Source: an uncultured delta proteobacterium (GTDB taxonomy: Bacteria; Myxococcota; Myxococcia; Myxococcales; Myxococcaceae). From it: 64,000 nt of DNA. Below, piece after piece: positions 1 to 7,165 of the stretch; position 1 is the stretch's first letter; every line of letters starts with the position of its first letter. The notes under the pieces were generated by a model. The model was not told where the DNA came from, did not search any database, and saw only the letters and a program-made list of their open reading frames with translations. The DNA lies in NCBI GenBank assembly GCA_963796055.1, contig CAWCKH010000003.1, positions 640,001 to 704,000 of the forward strand, read 5' to 3'. The position numbers and the translations under genes were made by a program.

Positions 1-824
1 CCGACCGCCCCGAAGACCCCGCCTTTCACCTCGGGGAGGATCGAGTTGTTCAGGAGCAGCTTCCCCGAGATGCGGCCCCAGACCACCGGCGAGCTGACCC
101 AGTTCTTGGAGAAGATCGCTCCGTTCTCGTTGAGGACCGAGACCGAGTATCGAAGCGCGTTCAGCTCGGTATGGCCGTAGACCTCCACCCCCACCTGGTT
201 CTCTCCGGGCTCGAAGGTCACGGCGCTGCCCTGGGGATGGAAGTGGTAGATGTTGTAGCCTTGGGTGAGGCTGATGATGCGGTGCTCATCCACCGGGAGA
301 TCCGGGGCGTGCTTTCCCACCCGGACGTTGAGGAACGGCGTCCCGAACAGGCGGTGGAACCCGACGAAGGCGGATTCGAGGTCTCCGTCCGCCGGCTCGG
401 TCCCGAACGAGGCACTCCCCAGCCCGGGAGTGTAGACCACCAGGAAGCTGATCTGCTTCCCGAGCGTGCCGGCAGTGAGGATGTCCAGGCCGGCGAAACC
501 CAACGTGCCGTTCTTGGTGGTGGTGGTCCCGGGCGGCTGATCGACCGGGACCCCCTCCTGCTCGGCGTACTGGTAGCCCACGGTGGTGCGGAAGGCGATC
601 GGCCAGTACGTGCCGGGCTGCTCCTTGGGTTCGTCCTTCCCACGGAGCATCTGGTAGCCGTTGTCGCGGAACAGCTCGCCGAAGTCGTTCAGCTTGGGCC
701 AGGCCTCGTGGCACGTGCTGCAGGCCACGTTGTACTTCCGGGCGAACGCCGGGATGGCGTTGGCTTTCCCGGGAAGCAGCGCTGCCAGTGCGGCAGCGGC
801 GACGACGAGGACGCGCAGCTTCAT
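1..824 (-). CDS. Cyc2-like fused monoheme cytochrome c / outer-membrane beta-barrel protein (3' end runs off the window)
   Basis: Not in the ORF track because it has no stop in the window. Manual translation from ATG 824 (SD GGAGGAGG upstream) gives MKLRVLVVAAAALAALLPGKANAIPAFARKYNVACSTCHEAWPKLNDFGELFRDNGY. This is a signal peptide, AxPxFARKY, CxxCH (708-722) and PxL, followed by beta-strand-like sequence (LNVRVGKH, VGVEVYGH, LRYSVSVLN). Confidence 0.8.
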   Translation of the reverse strand, partial: MKLRVLVVAAAALAALLPGKANAIPAFARKYNVACSTCHEAWPKLNDFGELFRDNGYQMLRGKDEPKEQPGTYWPIAFRTTVGYQYAEQEGVPVDQPPGTTTTKNGTLGFAGLDILTAGTLGKQISFLVVYTPGLGSASFGTEPADGDLESAFVGFHRLFGTPFLNVRVGKHAPDLPVDEHRIISLTQGYNIYHFHPQGSAVTFEPGENQVGVEVYGHTELNALRYSVSVLNENGAIFSKNWVSSPVVWGRISGKLLLNNSILPEVKGGVFGAV

Positions 825-1032
825 GCCACCCTCCTCCCGCGAGCCACCCAGGGAACCCGGGCGGCAAGATTGCGCGCGCAACTAAAAAGGCAGTCCGCGA
901 GAAATTCCAAACAAGCGATTCTCACGCCACGGTGCGTCGTGTGAAGCAGAAGCGATGGGCGCGGGCCTGGAATCGCCACTTCATTGCTCGGTCAATCTTT
1001 GAACAGAAGTCCCCCCGGAACGCCGCCAAGAG

Positions 1033-1560
1033 TCAGCGACCGTTCACCACCTGGGTGATGGCGGGCAGCAGCTCCCGGCCGGGCGGCTCGGCGAGTGCAG
1101 GCAGCGCGCGGACCCGGCCGCCGGGGTCGATCAGCACGGCACGCTCGCCGCGGCGGAGCTCCCGCTGCTCGGGGCTTCGTCCCAGCAACGCGACCAGGGG
1201 TGCGGCGCGGGCTTCGTCGTCCAGCACCAGCACCGTCGGCGCGAGCGGAGGCGCCGCATCCCCCGACCCCAGTCGAACCCACTCCAGATCGAAGCCCGGC
1301 CGGACGGAGCGGAGATGGCGGGAGAGCGTTCGCAGCGCCTCCGAGCTGCTGGCAACGCAGCCGGGGCAGGTCGTGTCGGCGAACACGACCAGCCGCCCCC
1401 TCCCGGTGGCCGGGACCCGATCGATGACCGGCAGGGGAGTGGGTGGACGGCGGAGCAACCCCGAGAGAAGGGGGCCCCCGGCGAGGAGCGCCATCGCCGT
1501 CCACCAGAATGCCGGGCGCGCCACCCAGCGCTCGAGGAAGCCGGTCGCGGCGGCGCTCAC
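1033..1560 (-). CDS. Membrane-anchored thioredoxin-fold protein, degenerate SCO-like
   Basis: C-terminal part of ORF 1033..2403. The GTG at 1560 overlaps the upstream stop (GTGA). Has an N-terminal TM, then LPVIDRVP, CPGC, and AVLIDPGGRVRA, which resembles the SCO C-terminal strand. Confidence 0.55.
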   Translation of the reverse strand: MSAAATGFLERWVARPAFWWTAMALLAGGPLLSGLLRRPPTPLPVIDRVPATGRGRLVVFADTTCPGCVASSSEALRTLSRHLRSVRPGFDLEWVRLGSGDAAPPLAPTVLVLDDEARAAPLVALLGRSPEQRELRRGERAVLIDPGGRVRALPALAEPPGRELLPAITQVVNGR

Positions 1561-2258
1561 TTCTTGATCTTTGCGTCGTAGGTAGCCTTCCCCCCGGCGG
1601 GGATGGTGACCGTGCCGAGCTTGGTCCCGGCGACCTCCTGGAAGGTGCCGATCTGGTAGGTCCCGGGCGGGACGTCCTTGATCTCGTACTTGCCCTCCGC
1701 ATCGGTCACCGCCGCGTAGGGGTTCTCGGCCACGAAGAGCGCCCCGCGCATGAAGTTGTGGATGTCGCACTTGAGGGACTGGCCGCCCGCCTTGTTCATC
1801 TTCTTCCCCACCACCATCCCCTGCTTGGGCTCGGCGATGTTCAGGATGGTCCGGCCCTCCTGGTAGGAGTGGATGTTGTGGAGGATGGGGTCGCTGTTCT
1901 TCACCTCGAGCTCGGAGTTGCGAGCGATGATCTGCACGTGAGGCTCGTACCGGCAGCCTTTCTGATCGAGCGTCGGCTTCGGGGGGAGGTCCATCTTCTT
2001 TCCGCTCTTGATGTCCACCAGGTAGACCACCGCCTCCTTCACCCCCCCAGTGGGCGAGACCACCAGCTCGTCCAGCTCGCGTGAGGTGCCGCAGGTCCCC
2101 GGGTCCTGGGTGATGGTCACCTTCTCCGGCTTGGGCGGGGTGCCGTCGTAGGTGATGCGCCCGCTGATCGTGCCCCCGTTGGTGACCGGCCCCTCGGTGT
2201 ACTGCGCGCGGGCGAGGGTGGTGACGGTGAGGACGGCGACCAGGAGTGTCTTTCGCAT
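1557..2258 (-). CDS. Exported cupredoxin-like / carboxypeptidase-regulatory-like domain protein
   Basis: Signal peptide MRKTLLVAVLTVTTLARAQ. Motifs DQKGCRYEPHV, HNIH and KCDIHNFM (His, Cys, His, Met, as in a type-1 Cu site). C-terminal VTDAEGKYEIKDVPPGTY. Confidence 0.75.
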   Translation of the reverse strand: MRKTLLVAVLTVTTLARAQYTEGPVTNGGTISGRITYDGTPPKPEKVTITQDPGTCGTSRELDELVVSPTGGVKEAVVYLVDIKSGKKMDLPPKPTLDQKGCRYEPHVQIIARNSELEVKNSDPILHNIHSYQEGRTILNIAEPKQGMVVGKKMNKAGGQSLKCDIHNFMRGALFVAENPYAAVTDAEGKYEIKDVPPGTYQIGTFQEVAGTKLGTVTIPAGGKATYDAKIKK

Positions 2259-2329
2259 GAGCGGCTCCAGTTCCGTTGGTGGAGGACGAGAGAGACGTTC
2301 CGGCCGCCAGCTGGTGGATGTCAACGAAG

Positions 2330-2353
2330 GATTCATTGAATCTGCAATGAATC
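2330..2353. promoter_or_regulatory. AT-rich palindromic operator candidate GATTCATTG-N6-CAATGAATC
   Basis: Perfect 9-bp inverted repeat in an AT-rich patch about 70 bp upstream of the cupredoxin-like start codon. Confidence 0.6.
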
Positions 2354-2503
2354 AAGCAAGCCCCGAGCTCGAGACCCGGCCAGGCCATGACTCCACGCGG
2401 CAATTCTTTGCCCGGCCGCCTGGTTGCAGTGTCCGCGGGTCAGGACTGCTCACGCAAGCGATCAGATTCCGCCCTCGGCGGCGCCCTGAGTCCTCGGGCA
2501 GTG

Positions 2504-2590
2504 TGCTCGGGGAGGGGGTCGAACCCTCACAGCCCTGATCGGGCTCGCGGATTTTAAGTCCGCTGCGTCTACCGGTTCCGCCACCCGAGC
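2504..2590 (-). tRNA. tRNA-Leu (anticodon TAA), CCA end not encoded
   Basis: Reverse complement reads GCTCGGGTGGCGGAACCGGTAGACGCAGCGGACTTAAAATCCGC...GGTTCGACCCCCTCCCCGAGCA. Anticodon stem GCGGA/TCCGC with loop CTTAAAA, long variable arm, TTCGA T-loop. Confidence 0.95.
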
Positions 2591-2766
2591 GCGGGGGATG
2601 CACACTAGGGGGTGTCCCCGGAAGAGGAAACGGCTGATCTGGCGCCGCCGACGGTCGGCGTCGCACCGGGCGGTACCGCCTGCGAGGGACTGCTCCACGC
2701 GGCCCCTCAGCCTAGAGGGCTATGGTGCGGCCCGGGGGAGGCCCGGTCGCACTCCGGAGGAGCGCC

Positions 2767-3354
2767 ATGCCATCAGTTCGTGTCGAGCCACACTCTCTTT
2801 CCACCTCTTTGGCGATCCTCGCCGTCGTCTTCGCGGGCTGCGCGACCACCAGCTCTTCGAAGGTCTCTACGTCCAGTGGTCCCGAGCAGCGCTTCAGCAT
2901 GACCGGCGGCGGAAGGGAGACCACCGCCCTCATCACCAAGGACGGCGCCCAGGGCCCGCAGATCGACCTCGGGCGCTACGACAACGGGAGCACCCTCCGG
3001 GGCAAGGTGCTCAACCAGTCCTTCCAGCTCTCGGTCGACGAGGCGAAGGGGACTGCCACCGGCCAGTGGGGGCCGGGACCGATCAGCGTGAACGTCACGG
3101 ACGAAGGCGACCAGCTGAAGGCCACGGGCCTCATCGCCGGACGGCCGTCGAACTTCACCGTCTCCCACGAGCGGATCACCGGGACCATCGGGCTCTGCGC
3201 ATACGATCTCGCGAGGTCCGGGGATGCCTACGGGGGCTCTCGCTCCTGCGCCGGAGGCGTCAGCCCGGTCACGGTGCGGTTTCCGACCACCATCCTGGAG
3301 TGGAAGCCGATCAACATCGCCATCCTGATGGCGCTGCTGATGTCCACGCCGTAA
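2767..3354 (+). CDS. Putative lipoprotein, hypothetical
   Basis: GGAGG SD before ATG 2767. Lipobox-like VFAGC. Beta-rich mature part with two Cys. Confidence 0.7.
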   Translation: MPSVRVEPHSLSTSLAILAVVFAGCATTSSSKVSTSSGPEQRFSMTGGGRETTALITKDGAQGPQIDLGRYDNGSTLRGKVLNQSFQLSVDEAKGTATGQWGPGPISVNVTDEGDQLKATGLIAGRPSNFTVSHERITGTIGLCAYDLARSGDAYGGSRSCAGGVSPVTVRFPTTILEWKPINIAILMALLMSTP

Positions 3355-3366
3355 TCCGAGGCCGCG

Positions 3367-3760
3367 CTATCCGAAGTGGTAGCCGATCCGGAAGTTGATC
3401 ACCGGCAACGGCACCGAGGCGCCGAAGTGGATGATGTCGCGGGCGTCCTGCTCGGCGTCGGGCGGAACCCCGGGCGGAATCACCAGCGTGTCCTCCACTG
3501 CCAGCCCAGGCGCGGGGTGATGACCCAGCTCTCGACCCGGGCGAGCGCCGTCGCTCCGAAGGGAGTGCCTGCCTGGAGCGCGCTCACGTCGCCATCGATG
3601 ACTTGCTGTCCGAACCCTACCCCGAGGAAGAAGACGCCGCGCATGGGGTAGATCCGGAGGGCCACCTCCCATGCCTCGAACTTGTTGAGGTTGGCGTCGG
3701 TCGCGCATACCCCTCGACGTTGACGAGCCTGGGGATGTCCCACCTCGGCGATCTCACCTG
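3367..3760 (-). pseudogene. Fragmented outer-membrane beta-barrel-like gene remnant
   Basis: Three protein-like segments in three different frames: IPRLVNVEGYAR, then DANLNKFEAWEVALRIYPMRGVFFLGVGFG...ITPRLGWQW, then DTLVIPP...PVINFRIGYHFG. Junctions near 3700 and 3494. No credible start. Confidence 0.55.
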
Positions 3761-3836
3761 GTCGGGCGGGGGGCACACAAGGAAGTCGCACCGGGGTCCC
3801 ACGTGACCAGGGCCGGTGCTAAAGACCTTTCCCCCC

Positions 3837-5468
3837 ATGCTGGAAACCGTCACCAAGGGCTTCCGGGCGGCCAAGAATCGGCTCGCCGGGAAGCAGGAGA
3901 TTTCACCCGAGCTCGTCGACGAGTCGCTGCGCGACATCCGCGTCTCGCTCCTCGAGGCCGACGTCGCCTTCGACGTGGTGAAGTCGTTCGTCGCCCGGGT
4001 GCGCGAGAAGGCGGTGGGCGCCACCGTCCAGACCACCATCACCGACAAGCACGGCCGGAAGCAGAAGGTCTCCGCAGCCGACCACTTCATCAAGGTCTGC
4101 CACGACGAGCTCGAGGCCCTGATGGGCCCGGTGGACACCTCGCTCAAGTTCAAGCCCAAGGGCGGTGTCACCACGATGATGCTGGTCGGGCTGCAGGGCT
4201 CGGGAAAGACCACCACCGTCGGGAAGCTGGCGAGCTACCTCCAGAAGAAGGGCAGGAAGCCGCTGCTGGTCGCCGCCGACATCTACCGGCCGGCGGCGGT
4301 GGACCAGCTCGAGGTCCTCGGAGACCGCCTCGGTGTGCCGGTCTTCTTCCAGCCGGACACCCTCCCCCCGGACCTGGCGGTGAAGGGGGTGGAGGCGGCA
4401 CGGGCGCAGAAGTGCGACGTGGTGCTGGTGGACACCGCCGGCCGGCTGGCCATCGACGAGCAGCTGATGAACGAGCTGAACCTCATCAAGGCCGCGGTCC
4501 AGCCGGACGATATTCTCCTCGTCTGCGACGCGATGATTGGCCAGGACGCGGTGCGGACCGCGGCCGAGTTCGACCGCCGTCTGGCGCTCGACGGGTTCAT
4601 CCTCACCAAGCTGGACGGTGACGCCCGCGGCGGCGCGGCGCTGTCGATCAAGGAGGTCACCGGCAAGCCCATCAAGTTCCTGGGCATGGGCGAGTCGCTG
4701 GACAGGCTCGAGGAGTTCCGGCCCGACGGGCTCGCCAGCCGCATCCTCGGGTTCGGCGACATCGTGGGCCTGATGCAGGACTTCGAGCAGGTGGTCGACG
4801 AGAAGAAGGCCGAGGAGGACGCCAAGAAGCTCCTCTCGGGCAACTTCTCGATGAAGGACTTCGTGGAGCAGATCCGCACCGTGCGGAAGATGGGCCCGCT
4901 GAAGGACCTGCTGGAGAAGTTCCCCATCTTCGGGGAGATGACCGAGCAGCTGAACCCGGACGAGAAGGAGCTGACCAAGATCGAGGCGATGTACGACTCG
5001 ATGACCGAGAAGGAGCGCCTCCGCCCCACGCTCATCGACGACAGCCGGATGGGGCGCATCGCCCGCGGCTCCGGCCGGAAGAAGCAGGAGGTCCACGAGC
5101 TGCTCGGGAAGTACCAGATGATGCAGCAGGTGATGGGAGCGGTAGGCCAGAACCCCGGGCTCCTCGGCCGCATCCCCGGCTTCAAGCAGCTGGGCCAGCT
5201 GTCGAAGATGAAGAACATGGACCTGTCCCAGGTCTTCGGCAAGGACGCGAAGATGATGGAACAGGCGCTCGGCGGCGGCCCGATGCCGATGCAGATGCCT
5301 CAGATCTCGCCGGGCTACACCCCGCCGATGGGCTCGGGGGCGATGGCCCGGGCGCGGTTGATGGGCTACTCGGACGCGCCGATGGGCAAGCAGGTGGACC
5401 GCGACGCGCTCAAGGACAAGCGGAAACGCGAGCGCCAGGCGCGGAAGAAGAACCGCAAGCGGCGCTGA
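3837..5468 (+). CDS. ffh: Signal recognition particle protein Ffh
   Basis: ADV N-domain motif, GLQGSGKTTT, DTAGR, TKLDGDARGG, and M-domain YDSMT...RIARGSG. Confidence 0.95.
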   Translation: MLETVTKGFRAAKNRLAGKQEISPELVDESLRDIRVSLLEADVAFDVVKSFVARVREKAVGATVQTTITDKHGRKQKVSAADHFIKVCHDELEALMGPVDTSLKFKPKGGVTTMMLVGLQGSGKTTTVGKLASYLQKKGRKPLLVAADIYRPAAVDQLEVLGDRLGVPVFFQPDTLPPDLAVKGVEAARAQKCDVVLVDTAGRLAIDEQLMNELNLIKAAVQPDDILLVCDAMIGQDAVRTAAEFDRRLALDGFILTKLDGDARGGAALSIKEVTGKPIKFLGMGESLDRLEEFRPDGLASRILGFGDIVGLMQDFEQVVDEKKAEEDAKKLLSGNFSMKDFVEQIRTVRKMGPLKDLLEKFPIFGEMTEQLNPDEKELTKIEAMYDSMTEKERLRPTLIDDSRMGRIARGSGRKKQEVHELLGKYQMMQQVMGAVGQNPGLLGRIPGFKQLGQLSKMKNMDLSQVFGKDAKMMEQALGGGPMPMQMPQISPGYTPPMGSGAMARARLMGYSDAPMGKQVDRDALKDKRKRERQARKKNRKRR

Positions 5469-5478
5469 CCCGGGGTCG

Positions 5479-5886
5479 TCACGGCCTGACCGATGCCGCG
5501 TACCGCAGGTCGAGGGCCGGTGCGGCCTGGACCGGGCCGAGCGTCCCCAGGTGCGCCTCTCGGCAGCGGGCGACCTTGACGCCGCCGTAGACCGCCGCCG
5601 CGGTCTCCACCGCCGCCAGCGCGATCAGCGCCGCGCCCGCCCCCTGCGCCGCGCCCGAGTAATCCAGGCAGCCCCACGAGGCCGAGGAACAGCCGGGCTT
5701 CCCCTCGGCCAGTGCCGCGACGCCAAGGCCGGCCAGCCCGGCCGCGAGGACCCCGTCGATCACCGGCACGGCGACCGAGGTGGTGCACTCGCCTCCGCCG
5801 GGCAGGTCGGGTGCAGGCCCGCGAACCGCCCACAACGAGCAGCCAGGACAGAGGAGCAACAGCGAGAGCACGAGAGAGCGACGCAT
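5479..5886 (-). CDS. Putative lipoprotein / membrane protein
   Basis: MRRSLVLSLLLLCPGCS signal peptide with Cys, two hydrophobic helices, SD-like AGGAG upstream. Confidence 0.65.
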   Translation of the reverse strand: MRRSLVLSLLLLCPGCSLWAVRGPAPDLPGGGECTTSVAVPVIDGVLAAGLAGLGVAALAEGKPGCSSASWGCLDYSGAAQGAGAALIALAAVETAAAVYGGVKVARCREAHLGTLGPVQAAPALDLRYAASVRP

Positions 5887-6026
5887 GGGAGCGCTCCTTT
5901 CGGCTCGCCCCATGAAGCACCGGACGTGCCGTGCTCTCTTCCTGGGGAGGGCAACGAGACCTCCGGCTTCGCTGTGCAGGAGCCTGCACGCCGGCGTGCA
6001 GCCGCGGCGCCGATCCCGGCCCGGTG

Positions 6027-7142
6027 CTACTCGGCCTCGCCGGGCGGATCCTCGCCCCGCGGGACGACCAGGCCGCGCGACAGACGCCGCAGCACCCGGA
6101 GCTTCTGCCGCTGCTTGTACCGGGCGTGAGCGTTCTCGCCCTGCTCGTTCAGCTCGGCGGTCCGTACGTCGAGCATCTGGAACTCGACCAGGGTGAAACC
6201 GATGCGCCCCTTCCGCTCGCGGCGGTCCAGCTCCGGGGGCGGCAGCCACTCGTCGAGCCGGAGCGGAACGTCCACCACGAAGTTCAGCACCCGGTAGCCG
6301 CTGCCGCTGAACTCGTTGCCGCCCGCTCCCTCGCGGTCCTCGAAGTCCGGGTCGAGGTGCAGCTCGTGGGCGTGGTTGCGGAAGTGCGGGAACTCGTGCA
6401 GCAGCGACTTGAACGGCAGCAGCGTGTTCTCGGTCTGCCCGGGGACGAGGAAGTTGAAGGGGAACAGCCGCTGGGTCAGGAAGTAGAGGACCGGAAGGAT
6501 GTCCGCCCGGGTGGGAGTGACGATGCGGAAGCGGGTCTTGTCGTAGACCTGCGCCGCCACGTTCTCCTTCTTCGCCAGCAGCTTGGTGATGAGCGACTCA
6601 CGGCTCTTCACCGACGGGCTGTAGTCGAGGATGGGCAGCCCCTTCTCCCGTGCCTCGGCCAGCACCCCGTTCACCTTCGCGGTCGCCATCCGCGACAGGT
6701 CGGCCTCGGACACCGCGAGGCGGAACAGGAGATCGCGCCCCTCGATGTGCTGCACCACGTGCATGCACTTGAGGACGATGCAGGCGATCCGCCGGAACCG
6801 GTGCGGCTCCTTCACCCCGGAGGCGAAGAGGAAGAGGTCGTGGATCTCCGCCGGGCGCGCCACCACGTCCGCCACCCGGTAGGAGAAGGTGCGGCGCAGG
6901 TACTCGACGGCGTCGGACAGCACCAGCCGCGCCCAGGCCTCGTCCTCGGGGTGCGTCAGGTCCAGCCCGCACAGCCGCAGGAAGCGGTCCACCTCGTCCC
7001 GGTTCCGGAAGTGCAGCCGGCGCCAGTCGATGACCGACCCGCCCCGGAGGATGAGGCGCACCCGCTCCAGCTCCTTGAGGCCCATCTCGGCCACGGAGCG
7101 GACGGGGAGGTCGGGGAGCTTCGGCTCGATGGGGAGGCGCAT
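6027..7142 (-). CDS. TIGR04552-family protein with a RelA/SpoT-like nucleotidyltransferase domain
   Basis: N-terminal LRGGSVIDWRRL. Synthetase-like motifs VKSRESLITKL, YDKTRFRIV, SGYRVLNFVVD, VEFQM. Confidence 0.8.
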   Translation of the reverse strand: MRLPIEPKLPDLPVRSVAEMGLKELERVRLILRGGSVIDWRRLHFRNRDEVDRFLRLCGLDLTHPEDEAWARLVLSDAVEYLRRTFSYRVADVVARPAEIHDLFLFASGVKEPHRFRRIACIVLKCMHVVQHIEGRDLLFRLAVSEADLSRMATAKVNGVLAEAREKGLPILDYSPSVKSRESLITKLLAKKENVAAQVYDKTRFRIVTPTRADILPVLYFLTQRLFPFNFLVPGQTENTLLPFKSLLHEFPHFRNHAHELHLDPDFEDREGAGGNEFSGSGYRVLNFVVDVPLRLDEWLPPPELDRRERKGRIGFTLVEFQMLDVRTAELNEQGENAHARYKQRQKLRVLRRLSRGLVVPRGEDPPGEAE

Positions 7143-7165
7143 GGGGAGCGCGGCGCCTTAACAGC

